Shown here piece after piece: positions 37,368 through 46,211 of a DNA stretch of 48,550 nucleotides. The position numbers were made by a program, and so were the translations under genes. The notes below the pieces were generated by a model. The model searched no databases, was not told the origin of the DNA, and saw only the letters and a program-made list of their open reading frames with translations. The stretch comes from an uncultured Sphaerotilus sp. (GTDB lineage: Bacteria > Pseudomonadota > Gammaproteobacteria > Burkholderiales > Burkholderiaceae_C), in NCBI GenBank assembly GCA_964422355.1, contig CAYRBG010000001.1, forward strand, positions 1 to 48,550, written 5' to 3'. How positions within the stretch are numbered: the first letter of the stretch is position 1; the number at the start of each line of letters is the position of its first letter.

Positions 37368-38072
37368 ATGAAGGCACTTGGTTTTCTCGCTGCGGCTTGT
37401 GCTGCGCTTCTCACTGCTTGCGGAGGCGGTGGCGGCAGCTCAGATTCGTCAACTGCAACCGCGACATCGAATTCAACGACCCAAACGGCGGTCGGATCTG
37501 CTGGGGTCTGGAGTGATGGCCTGTCTGGCGCGCTTGTCACGTCATCTGGGGAGCTGTGGGCGGTTCAGCAGTCGGGCTCCAGCTACTACGTCGCTCAAGG
37601 AACGATTTCAGACATCGGCGGTTCTGTTTCAGGGTCGGTAACGTCATACCCCTACTATCTGGCCGCCTCGGCAAGCGTCAAAGGGACCTACCAGGCGCAA
37701 AAGACGCTCAACGCATCCCTCACCAACAGCTATGGAACGGTCTACATGGCCGGGACATACCTTTCGGTCTATGACGCGACGCCAAGCCTGTCTGGCATTT
37801 CTGGGTCGTGGGTCAACTCCAACACTGTGGCATTGATCGATTCAAGCGGAACCGTCGGTGGGACACAGTCTGGATGCGCCTTCAATGGAACGATCAAGCC
37901 GGACTCCAGCGGGAAGAACTTCTATCGACTGACGCTGAGGTTCTCCGGTTCTCCGTGCCTTCGCCCCAACGCCACGATGAATGGCGTGGTGGTTCCACTT
38001 TCATCCACAACCGCCATGGCGGCTGTGGCTGACACATCCACAGGCTTCGCGTTCTTCCTGACGAAAACGTGA
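37368..38072 (+). CDS. Lipoprotein, Ser/Thr/Gly-rich, unknown function
   Basis: GGAGG RBS; lipobox LLTAC then GGGGGSS linker; atypical codon usage. Confidence 0.8.
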   Translation: MKALGFLAAACAALLTACGGGGGSSDSSTATATSNSTTQTAVGSAGVWSDGLSGALVTSSGELWAVQQSGSSYYVAQGTISDIGGSVSGSVTSYPYYLAASASVKGTYQAQKTLNASLTNSYGTVYMAGTYLSVYDATPSLSGISGSWVNSNTVALIDSSGTVGGTQSGCAFNGTIKPDSSGKNFYRLTLRFSGSPCLRPNATMNGVVVPLSSTTAMAAVADTSTGFAFFLTKT

Positions 38073-38096
38073 CCACTGAGGTTTCAAGATCCACAC

Positions 38097-38119
38097 AGCC
38101 CGCCTTGGCGGGCTTTTTT
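38097..38119 (+). terminator. Rho-independent terminator
   Basis: AGCCCGC-cttg-GCGGGCT followed by a T run. Confidence 0.75.
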
Positions 38120-38290
38120 GGGGGTTGCAACCTGCAACTTCTGGGGCGCTTGGTCGGTGCCCATCCCCGGGGCCGCTTCGAAACTGTTCCGAAACCAGTG
38201 GTCAGCGGGAGTGCGGCTGGCGCTGAGAATCCTGCATTGACGCGGGGTTGCGGTCACTTGGGGGTGTCTGGGACGGTTCCGAAACTGTGC

Positions 38291-38614
38291 TCACCCGCAC
38301 CTTGCCTTTTGTCCGTTCCGGCTCGCCTTCTCCCGTCCCTCGGGCGTCTTGGGCCCAGTGCTGAGCCCGCCGTGAAACCGGCACCGGCCGTTGGCGTAGA
38401 TGCAGGTCAGTGGACAGGGCCTGCCGGTTCGCTTGCCCTTGGCGCCACACATCAGGCCGGAGAAAAGGCGCATGTCCGGGCCGCTTGGCCACTCGGGCAT
38501 CCAGCACTCGACGCCCCGGGCACGGGCGACTTTCTTGACCTTCTCCCACTCGCGCATGGCCTTGATGAACCGGCGGCGCAGCTCGGCCTGGTCGTCGGTC
38601 GTTGATGCCGTCAT
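38291..38614 (-). CDS. HGGxSTG domain protein
   Basis: CGAKGKRTGRPC...NGRCRFHGGLSTGPKTPEGR. Confidence 0.85.
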   Translation of the reverse strand: MTASTTDDQAELRRRFIKAMREWEKVKKVARARGVECWMPEWPSGPDMRLFSGLMCGAKGKRTGRPCPLTCIYANGRCRFHGGLSTGPKTPEGREKASRNGQKARCG

Positions 38615-38740
38615 TTGTCGGTCGCCCATGGGGTCCGCCTTACGTTTCCACAGTCGTTCATGAGGTCCGGGAGTTTTCGGGGCTGGCCAGCGTCTACCTG
38701 GGTCCACTTTAGACGCGACGCGGGCGGGCCGGGCGGCCAG

Positions 38741-38765
38741 AAAAGGGGGGGCATTGCGCCCCCCC
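38741..38765 (-). terminator. Rho-independent terminator ending the rep-tape-measure operon
   Basis: Minus strand GGGGGGGC-gcaat-GCCCCCCC-TTTT just after the 38776 stop. Confidence 0.6.
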
Positions 38766-38775
38766 ATAGATGGCG

Positions 38776-39066
38776 CTACTCGATGCCGTTGTTGAACAGC
38801 GTGATGTCGCGCAGCACGACCTCCACCATCAGCCCGGAGACGATTCTGTGGTGCCACGTGTTCAGCGCTTCCACGACCTCATCCGGCGAGCCGCTGAAGG
38901 ACTCGGGTCGCGCGTACTTCAGGTAGGCCGGTTTGAGCTTGCCCATGGCGTGCTCAATGACGTCAGGCGCGTGCCCGAGTTGCGCCAGCATCGCACTGAC
39001 ATCACGCTCGAATACCCGCCACTGGCGCTGCATCGTCTCGGGAAATTCAATGATGGTGCCGGTCAT
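38776..39066 (-). CDS. Hypothetical protein (96 aa) coupled to the tape-measure gene
   Basis: TGATG overlap with the TMP stop; protein-like composition. Confidence 0.7.
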   Translation of the reverse strand: MTGTIIEFPETMQRQWRVFERDVSAMLAQLGHAPDVIEHAMGKLKPAYLKYARPESFSGSPDEVVEALNTWHHRIVSGLMVEVVLRDITLFNNGIE

Positions 39067-41540
39067 CACACTTTCCCCGTCAGGTGGCCATTCCGGCGAG
39101 CGGCCACAAGCGCCGACGCCAGTCCGGCCTGGTTGTCCATCAGCATCCGCTTGACGGACTGGCCGTCCGCAGCGTGGAAGTGGTTGATGAACGTGTCCCC
39201 GCCGCCCCCTGCACCGCCGCCACCATCTGCCATGGCGCGGATCACGTCGGCGTGCTTGGCCGGCAGGATCATTTCCCGGGCGTGCGTCTGCACGATGGGG
39301 TTCACGCCGGCGGGGATGTCGTAGCCGCCCTCGGCCGAGGCGCTCACGTTCTTGGCCAGCGCGATCACGCCGGCGAACGCTGCGCCCGCCGCGACTGGGG
39401 CCAGCACCGGCCCGACGATTGGGATGCTGGAAATCGCCGCCCACGCACCCGCCATGGCTTGCCACGCCGACGTGGCGATGTTCTTCGCCGCCGTCGCGGC
39501 CCAGATCGCCACCGACTTGATGGCGGCCCAAGCCTCTGTGGCCAGGCGGGTGGCCGTTCCCTGGGCGGTGGCGATGGTCTTCGCACCTTCTCCTTTTGCC
39601 CAGGACTGCACCATCTTCGGAACAACAGTCGAACCGAACCACGCGCCGATCTGCATCCCGATGGCACGGAATGCGTTTGACCACCGCAGAGTGCCATTCA
39701 TCATGGCGTTGACGCCCTGGTCCCACAGGCTCGACATGCGGCTCTTCATGTCGGCCCAGATCGTTCCCTGCTCCTCGGCCGACCGCTTTGCCACTTCCCC
39801 CCGGATCTGAGCCAGCTTGAGCTGGTGCTGCTCCTCCAGTTGCTCGATCTGAGCCATGGTCTGGGCGAGCTGCACCGGGTCGCGATCCGGGTCGATCAAC
39901 GCGGCCTGCTGCTGCAGGGCGGCCAGCCGGATCGTGTACCGCTTGTCCTCGAACTGCTGCTGTTGCTCCAGCAGTTGGTCGTTCGTCAGGTCTCCCGTGT
40001 TCACCAGCTCCTGCGCCGCCTGCTCTGCCAGGTCAACCTTTACGAGCGCGGCATCGCGGGCTGCGTCGATGCCGATCTTTTCAAGCTGCAGGCCGTTTGT
40101 CTGCTGCTCACGCAACAGCGCAATGTGAGCTTCGCTCGCTTTCTTGGCCACCGCCACCTTGTCCTTCTCGGTCAGGGTGGCGTACTTCTGCAAGTCGGTC
40201 CAGAACTTGAGCTCTTGTTCTTTGCTCATGCCGTGGATAGCGTCCCGCTCAGATGCCAGATCCTTCTCCGCCGCCAGTGCCATCTCGTAGTACGGCATGA
40301 GCGTTTTGGGCGTCGCCGCCTGATCAGGTGCGCCCGCTTCCCGCTTCGGCGCTGGAGCGCTCTTGCCACCCCCCGGCGGCTTTGCGTCAGCTTTGGTGCC
40401 CTTGCTCCAGATGCCTTGGACCTCGGTTGCTGTGCGCTTGAGCTCTTCGCCGGCCTTCTTCCAGCCCTCTTGGATCTTCCCTCCCCAGCCGTCGAAAGCG
40501 CCCATCATCCCTTCGGTGGCACCCTTGACGTCCCCGAAAGAGAGCTTGTTCAGGGCCTTCCCAACTTCGAGGATGGGGGCCGCCACACCTTGCAGAACAC
40601 GGAACGCCCCCAGCGCCATCCCGGTCACGATTTCCAGCCCAGTGGCCAGCGTATTGATCGCAATGCGGAAGGTGCCCACCGCGAACGGACCAACCTCAGA
40701 GAACCACTCGCCCAGTCTGGTGAACACGGGCATCACTGCGTTTCCGATGGACTTTCCTAGGGCGCGCAACACATCACCAACGTCATTCATCGCCGCCTTG
40801 AATGCCTTGCTGGCTGCGACGTTTTCCTTCGTGATGGTGAGCCCCAATGCCTCGTTCTTCTCGCGCGCCTGGTCCAGAACGTCGTTGTTGAGCTTCTGGA
40901 GCTTCATGACGTCATCGACAGACCGCCCGAACATCGTCTGGGAAACGATGGTTTGATCCAGGCCCGGCTTGTACTCGTTGACCTTGGCCAGCGCTTCGCG
41001 GAACAGATCATTCGAGTCACGAAGGTTGCCGTTCGTGTCGCGGGTACGGACCCCAAGCTCCTTGATCCCGTCCTCGTTGGTGCGCAGCTGCTGGGCAAAC
41101 TTCTGAAACGCGCCGATGTATGTGTCGGAATCACTGTAGATGTCCCCGAGGGCGGTATTCAGCACGGAGGCTTCGTCCGTGGTGATATCGAGGGCACGAC
41201 TCAACCGCCCCGCCTCGCCGGCGAGTTTGTTCGCCTCGCTGATGCCAGCCTTGAACAGCGCCCCACCACCGAGGGCTGCGGCGATGCCTGCCGCTGCAAT
41301 CGGTACACGCGTCATCGCGAATGCCGCCTCATTGAATCTGGCCGAGATCGACTCACCAAGGCCTTTCATGGACTCGCCGACACCTCGCATCGCCGATCCG
41401 ATGCCGTCAAGTCCTGAGAAGCTCCAGCTTCCAGCCTCCTTCACCTTCTCGCTGAACGACTTCACCTCGGTCGCGGCTTGCTGGGCTCCGGCCTTGAGTG
41501 CGGAAACGTCCGCTCCGAATTCGACTTGCACACCGGTCAT
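39066..41540 (-). CDS. Phage tail tape measure protein (824 aa)
   Basis: Ala/Gly-rich helical ORF; N-term VEFGADVSAL; aromatic repeats and TM-like segment; C-term SAEGGYDIPAG...HAREMILP. Confidence 0.85.
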   Translation of the reverse strand: MTGVQVEFGADVSALKAGAQQAATEVKSFSEKVKEAGSWSFSGLDGIGSAMRGVGESMKGLGESISARFNEAAFAMTRVPIAAAGIAAALGGGALFKAGISEANKLAGEAGRLSRALDITTDEASVLNTALGDIYSDSDTYIGAFQKFAQQLRTNEDGIKELGVRTRDTNGNLRDSNDLFREALAKVNEYKPGLDQTIVSQTMFGRSVDDVMKLQKLNNDVLDQAREKNEALGLTITKENVAASKAFKAAMNDVGDVLRALGKSIGNAVMPVFTRLGEWFSEVGPFAVGTFRIAINTLATGLEIVTGMALGAFRVLQGVAAPILEVGKALNKLSFGDVKGATEGMMGAFDGWGGKIQEGWKKAGEELKRTATEVQGIWSKGTKADAKPPGGGKSAPAPKREAGAPDQAATPKTLMPYYEMALAAEKDLASERDAIHGMSKEQELKFWTDLQKYATLTEKDKVAVAKKASEAHIALLREQQTNGLQLEKIGIDAARDAALVKVDLAEQAAQELVNTGDLTNDQLLEQQQQFEDKRYTIRLAALQQQAALIDPDRDPVQLAQTMAQIEQLEEQHQLKLAQIRGEVAKRSAEEQGTIWADMKSRMSSLWDQGVNAMMNGTLRWSNAFRAIGMQIGAWFGSTVVPKMVQSWAKGEGAKTIATAQGTATRLATEAWAAIKSVAIWAATAAKNIATSAWQAMAGAWAAISSIPIVGPVLAPVAAGAAFAGVIALAKNVSASAEGGYDIPAGVNPIVQTHAREMILPAKHADVIRAMADGGGGAGGGGDTFINHFHAADGQSVKRMLMDNQAGLASALVAARRNGHLTGKV

Positions 41541-42031
41541 TTCGCTGCCTCCTTCACGATCTCGTCGACGGCTTTCTCGTACTCCGCCAGGATCTCTGGC
41601 GTCATCTCAGCCAGTGAGGAGCGCAGGAACGAGCGTTCGGGAAAGTTCACGGCTCGCACGTGCTGCCGCACCATGACCTCGCGCGGCGTGATCGAGCGCC
41701 CCCAGGCCTTCTTGATCTCGCGCAGGTGCTGCTTCACGGTCTCCGTGCCCTTGAACCCGTACTCGTGCTTTCGGGCGTATTCGACGTTGGTGCCCACGAT
41801 GCCCGTGGATCCGCCGGGGCGCCGCAGCACTAGCTGGTCGATGGATCTAGCGAGCGTCCCGGTTGGGCGCTGCAACACCTGGCCGTTCAGCTTGTCGCGC
41901 ACGACCTTCTTCTGAAGGTTCAAGGCGAGCTTTGCTGTGGACTTGGCGAGGCGGAGCTCAGCGCGGGGCCCCAGCTCCTTCAGTCCGGCGATCACCTTGG
42001 TGTCGCCTTTGATGTTCACTCTGATCTGCAC
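41537..42031 (-). CDS. HK97 gp10-like / virion morphogenesis (tail completion) protein
   Basis: TGTLARSI, VGTNVEYARKHEYG, PERSFLR motifs. Confidence 0.8.
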   Translation of the reverse strand: MQIRVNIKGDTKVIAGLKELGPRAELRLAKSTAKLALNLQKKVVRDKLNGQVLQRPTGTLARSIDQLVLRRPGGSTGIVGTNVEYARKHEYGFKGTETVKQHLREIKKAWGRSITPREVMVRQHVRAVNFPERSFLRSSLAEMTPEILAEYEKAVDEIVKEAAK

Positions 42032-42252
42032 TTTGGTGCCTTTCTGCTTTCAGGCGATGAGGGAGACGGGCCGCCAAAGTCGCGCACCGCCGACACGATT
42101 GGGGCATTCAGGTCGAGTTGCCGCACCGGTCGGGGCTTGTCCGATGCGCGGATCTGTCGGCCTGGTATGGCGGGCAACTCCGGCAGGGGCTCCCCGAGCA
42201 ACTGCGCCAGCGACAGAAGCCAGCCGGTGATGGGTGGCCGCAAGGGGCTCAC
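42016..42252 (-). CDS. Small hypothetical protein
   Basis: GTGA overlap with the upstream ORF; fills the operon gap. Confidence 0.35.
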   Translation of the reverse strand: MSPLRPPITGWLLSLAQLLGEPLPELPAIPGRQIRASDKPRPVRQLDLNAPIVSAVRDFGGPSPSSPESRKAPKCRSE

Positions 42253-42497
42253 GGCTCGCTCCCGGGTGTTCTGTCAAGGCACCCCATGTCAAGTCCCCTT
42301 GGTTCAAGCTGTTTGCACCGTTCTTGGGCTCTGGTGCGGGCAGCTTGGACCTTGGGTTGATGCCGCTGGAGGGCCGCGGTCGCGCGGGCGTGGATGGCCT
42401 CAGCACGGGGCGCGTTCCTTTCGGTTGCTCGCTTCTGAGCATCAGCGGCGCGCTGCTGGGCTCGTCGGGCTGCTTGAGTTGTGGCGCGGTTTCTCAC
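42249..42497 (-). CDS. Small basic helical hypothetical protein
   Basis: Start overlaps the ssb stop; Ala/Arg/Gln-rich. Confidence 0.45.
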   Translation of the reverse strand: MRNRATTQAARRAQQRAADAQKRATERNAPRAEAIHARATAALQRHQPKVQAARTRAQERCKQLEPRGLDMGCLDRTPGSEP

Positions 42498-42925
42498 GCC
42501 TCATCCCCCGGCCAGTCCTGCGGGCCAAAGTCCTCGGTGCCGGGCTGGCGCTGCTGATGGCCTTGGCGGGCCGCTGGCGCTGAGTTCTTGCTCTCGGCGG
42601 GGGCAGATGCCTCCCGGCGCTTCTTGAGCCCGTAGATCGTCATCACCTGGGCCGCCACCATGTCCAGGCTCTGGCGGGCGTTGCCTTCGCGGTCGGTCCA
42701 AGCCTTGGGGGTCAGGGAGCCGGCCAGAGCGACCGAGTCGCCCTCGGTCAGCGCCAGCAGCGCGGCCCCAACCGACTCGCTGAAGGCCACGACGTTGACG
42801 AACAGACTCTCGCCTTCACCGGCGGCAGCTCGCACGCTGGCGGTGACGAAGGGTCGACCGGCACGCCCGGTGCGTTGTTCGGCCCGCTTGTGCGGCTTGC
42901 CAGTGATGAGCGCTTCGATGCTCAT
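42494..42925 (-). CDS. Single-stranded DNA-binding protein (OB fold)
   Basis: FVNVVAF, GDSVALAGSL..KAWTDREG, acidic C-terminal tail. Confidence 0.8.
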   Translation of the reverse strand: MSIEALITGKPHKRAEQRTGRAGRPFVTASVRAAAGEGESLFVNVVAFSESVGAALLALTEGDSVALAGSLTPKAWTDREGNARQSLDMVAAQVMTIYGLKKRREASAPAESKNSAPAARQGHQQRQPGTEDFGPQDWPGDEA

Positions 42926-42935
42926 GGTCTGGCCC

Positions 42936-43523
42936 TCACTGCAGGCGGTGCGCCGCACCAGCAGGCGCGATCACACCTTCGCCGCTCATGGCCTTGATGT
43001 CGGCCACCACCTTCTCGTGCGGCACGTTGAACGCTTTGGCGATGGCTTCCGAACTGAACAGCGGCTTCCCTTCGCTGTCGCAGTGGTCGGGCTTAGGCAG
43101 GCTGACTCCGCACTCTTGCGCCATGCGGCCAACGCTCCCGGGCTCCTGCAGCTCTAGTGCGTCGAAGACGGCGGCCAGGGTCTGCGGGTGCACATCGCCC
43201 AGCGTGTCCATGAGGCGCCGAGCGTGGGCAAAGGCGGCCTGAATCTCTTCGCTCCTGCGCTTGACCCGGACTTTGAGCAGTTCCACGAAGACGATGGCGA
43301 GCGTCAGCGCCCCTTCCTCGTTCAGGCCATACTCGTGGCCCAGGTCGTCGCACTCCAACAGGATCGGCGCCAGAGCCTCGGGTGTGCAGGACGAGCCCTC
43401 GGGGAGCGCGGAAAGCTTGCCGTGGAACTTGAGCCAGTCAATCGGCGCGTCGCTCACGTAGTCCTGCAGGTCGCGTTCGGTGGCGCGGGGAATGGATGCC
43501 TTGGCGGTTTCGGTGGTGATCAT
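42936..43523 (-). CDS. Hypothetical protein, possible C-terminal HTH/Rha-like segment
   Basis: Long ORF in operon; C-terminal PLFSSEAIAKAFNVPHEKVVADIKAM; start may be 43598. Confidence 0.6.
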   Translation of the reverse strand: MITTETAKASIPRATERDLQDYVSDAPIDWLKFHGKLSALPEGSSCTPEALAPILLECDDLGHEYGLNEEGALTLAIVFVELLKVRVKRRSEEIQAAFAHARRLMDTLGDVHPQTLAAVFDALELQEPGSVGRMAQECGVSLPKPDHCDSEGKPLFSSEAIAKAFNVPHEKVVADIKAMSGEGVIAPAGAAHRLQ

Positions 43524-43591
43524 GGTGGTCTCGTGGCTTGGGGTGGTGTGTCGGCCGCAGATATCGCGGCCGGTGGGGGTGAACGATTCGT

Positions 43592-43900
43592 TCACCATGG
43601 GAATCGACTGCGGTTGGCACAGCGGGCCAGGGCCTGGTGCACCTCGTCGGCCGTCAGCAGGCCTGCAGCCTCCTCAGACCAACGAACAGCGCCAGCAGTG
43701 GCCTTGCCCCTTCGGGCGGCGCCGATGAGGCTCTTGCGGCTCGCGAAACCGCGCTTTTTGGCCGCGTCGAGCAATTTGGTGAACTCGTACTCAGCGGTGG
43801 ACCGCACGCCGTAGCGGATGGACTCGTCCTTGCTGAAGCCCATCACTCCCAGGGTGAAGAGGTTCTGCGCCAGCACGGCGGTGGGCAAAGAGTTGGTCAT
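43592..43900 (-). CDS. Hypothetical protein (102 aa)
   Basis: GGAGG RBS; ATGA overlap with the helicase stop. Confidence 0.6.
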   Translation of the reverse strand: MTNSLPTAVLAQNLFTLGVMGFSKDESIRYGVRSTAEYEFTKLLDAAKKRGFASRKSLIGAARRGKATAGAVRWSEEAAGLLTADEVHQALARCANRSRFPW

Positions 43901-45237
43901 GCAGAACCTCCACGGCTGGGACGACGCGAGACATCGCCCGCCGATGGGTGCCATTGCTGCGTGCGGCCGTGGAACGACAGCGCCAGCCGCCCGCGGCGCC
44001 CACCGCGGTTCTTGGCCACCTTGCACAGCACCAACGTGGACCCGTCGCTTTCGACGCCCATGGGGTGCAGCAGCAGCGCGGTGTCGGCGTCTTCCTCGAT
44101 GGCGCCCGACTCCTTCAGGTGCGCCAGCTCTGGCTCGCCCTCTGCGGCCGATCGGTTGAGCTGCGAGAGCAGCAGCACGCCGCAGTCGAGCTCCTTGGCC
44201 AGCGTCTTCATGCCCCGGCTGAGTTCTTCGATCTGGTGGTGCCGCTTGTCGGCCTTGCCGGTGCTGGCGCACAACTGCAGGTAGTCGATGACCACCAGCG
44301 CCAGCCCGCCACGCTTGCGCTTGGTCTGGCGGGCTTTGGCGCGGATGTCGAGCATGGTCAGGGCCGGCTGGTCGTCGATGTCCAGAGGAAGCGACCGAAC
44401 TTGTTCAACCACCTCGGTGACCCTGGTCCAGTCGCCGTCGACGAATTCGCCGGTGGAGAGGTGCCCCACATCCAGCCCGCCCAGATTCGCCGCCATGCGG
44501 TCGATGAGCTCGCCGGCGGGCATCTCCTGCGACAACATCAGGCCCGGGTGCCCCTGGCCGGCAACGCTCAACAGGATCTGCGTGGCCAGGCTGGTCTTGC
44601 CGACGCTTGGGCGGGCGGCCAGCACGATGACCCGGCCGGGCTTGATTCCGCCCACCAGAGCAGCGTCGAGCGACGCGAGCCCCGTCGGTATTCCCGGGGT
44701 GACGTCGCCAGCTTCCAGGGCCTCCCAGTGGTCCAGGCGGGCCATCATCAGGGCCTCGATGGATCGGGGCTCGCTGCCGGCCTTCAGGCGCTTCACGCTG
44801 GCCAGAAGGGTCTGGGCTTGGTCAATGGCCTGGTCGGCCGTGTCGGCATCCCGTGCGCTCGATCCAATCCCGTCAGCAGCGGCCAGCAGGGACCGGCGCA
44901 AGGCCTTGTCCGCGACGATCTCGGCGTACCGGCGGATGTGCGAAGCGCTGGGCACGCACTGGGCCAGCTCGCCCAGGTACTTCAAGCCGCCGGCTTCCTC
45001 GGCCTTGCCAGCGTGTTGGATGGCTTCGAAGACCGTCACGGTGTCCGCCGGCTGCGAGGCCACCACCAGGCGGTGGATCGTCTCGAAGATCACCCGGTGG
45101 GTGCCGTGCCAGAAGCTGGAGGCGTCCACCAGACCGCTGATCGTGCTCAAGGCGTCGTTGTTGAGCAGAAGCCCGCCGAGAACCGACTGCTCGGCCTCCT
45201 GCGACCAGGCCGCGGTGGTGCTCTGGTCGGTGGTCAT
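43897..45237 (-). CDS. dnaB: DnaB-like replicative DNA helicase (element-encoded)
   Basis: EAEQSVLGGLL, AARPSVGKT, VIDYLQL, LLSQLNR, LKESGAIEEDAD, KNRGG. Confidence 0.93.
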   Translation of the reverse strand: MTTDQSTTAAWSQEAEQSVLGGLLLNNDALSTISGLVDASSFWHGTHRVIFETIHRLVVASQPADTVTVFEAIQHAGKAEEAGGLKYLGELAQCVPSASHIRRYAEIVADKALRRSLLAAADGIGSSARDADTADQAIDQAQTLLASVKRLKAGSEPRSIEALMMARLDHWEALEAGDVTPGIPTGLASLDAALVGGIKPGRVIVLAARPSVGKTSLATQILLSVAGQGHPGLMLSQEMPAGELIDRMAANLGGLDVGHLSTGEFVDGDWTRVTEVVEQVRSLPLDIDDQPALTMLDIRAKARQTKRKRGGLALVVIDYLQLCASTGKADKRHHQIEELSRGMKTLAKELDCGVLLLSQLNRSAAEGEPELAHLKESGAIEEDADTALLLHPMGVESDGSTLVLCKVAKNRGGRRGRLALSFHGRTQQWHPSAGDVSRRPSRGGSA

Positions 45238-46211
45238 ACGTCACCCCCGGTGAAGAGCTCATCGGCGTGGAGGACCGGGCGGGCCGGCTCGGTCTGAGCG
45301 TGCAACGCTTTGCGGCTGGGCGGAAACAGACCCTGGTACCCGTTGGCGATGCTGTGGGCGATCACCTGGGCTGGGGCGTGCCCTTCGTCGCGGTATCCGG
45401 CCAGGGTCTTGAGCTGCTGCTGGGCGGCCCGTTCGGTGATGGGCTTGCGGCGCTCCTTGCGGTCAGCGACCCAGTCGGTCCAAGCGGAGCGATCCAGCCA
45501 TTCCGGGAGGTCGATCAGCGAAGCGTTGAAGTGGGGAGCGTGCTTGCGCGCCTTATTCTTTGAAGAAGAAGATGAAGAAGAAGAGCCGTCACCTTTGACC
45601 ACACCCAAGCCTTCACCAATGGGGGGCTTTGGGGAACTTTCTGCCTCAATATTGAGCAAATGGGCATTTTTGGTCGAGTTGACTGCGTGACCGGATCCGG
45701 TGTCGCCGTTGTGCGCGCTGACGTGGGTGAAAGTGGGGTGAACACCAATGTCTTCACCAATGGGGGGCTTTGGTGAATGCTTCGTCTTGAGCGGTTGAGG
45801 TTGCCCCTCGCCGTCTGTTCCGAACCGTGTCGCGGCCCCCCGGTTCTGGCGAATGTGCTCGTCCTTGACCATGCGACTGGAGTACCAGACCGGTCCAGGC
45901 TGCTCAGGCACCAGGGTGACGGGGTCCCCGTCCTTCCTGCCACTGCGTGGGATGTAGACGAAGGGATCCTCAAGGTACTCGTCCGAGCCTTTGAGCACGC
46001 CCTTGCGAACCAGTGAAAGCAGGCAATCCGCCGGGCAGCCAACGGCCTGGGCGATGTCGGCAATGGGCCAGCGGATCAATCCGTAGTCCTCTTGGTCGTG
46101 CAGCAGGCAGATGACCGAGATCCAGACCCCACGCTCTTCAAACGTGCAGCGCCTCAGGTTGGAGTTGGCCAGCCAGTCGCCCGGGTAGAACTGTAGAGAC
46201 GGGCGCTTCAT
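45234..46211 (-). CDS. Phage replication initiator-like protein (lambda O-like architecture)
   Basis: N-term KRPSLQFYPGDWL; internal DNA repeats and poly-Ser linker; C-term WTDWVADRKE...SIANGYQGLF; ATGA-coupled to the helicase. Confidence 0.75.
   Translation of the reverse strand: MKRPSLQFYPGDWLANSNLRRCTFEERGVWISVICLLHDQEDYGLIRWPIADIAQAVGCPADCLLSLVRKGVLKGSDEYLEDPFVYIPRSGRKDGDPVTLVPEQPGPVWYSSRMVKDEHIRQNRGAATRFGTDGEGQPQPLKTKHSPKPPIGEDIGVHPTFTHVSAHNGDTGSGHAVNSTKNAHLLNIEAESSPKPPIGEGLGVVKGDGSSSSSSSSKNKARKHAPHFNASLIDLPEWLDRSAWTDWVADRKERRKPITERAAQQQLKTLAGYRDEGHAPAQVIAHSIANGYQGLFPPSRKALHAQTEPARPVLHADELFTGGDV
45611..45773. repeat. 22-bp exact direct repeat (candidate iterons in the rep gene)
   Basis: CTTCACCAATGGGGGGCTTTGG at 45611-45632 and 45752-45773. 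Confidence 0.75.
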
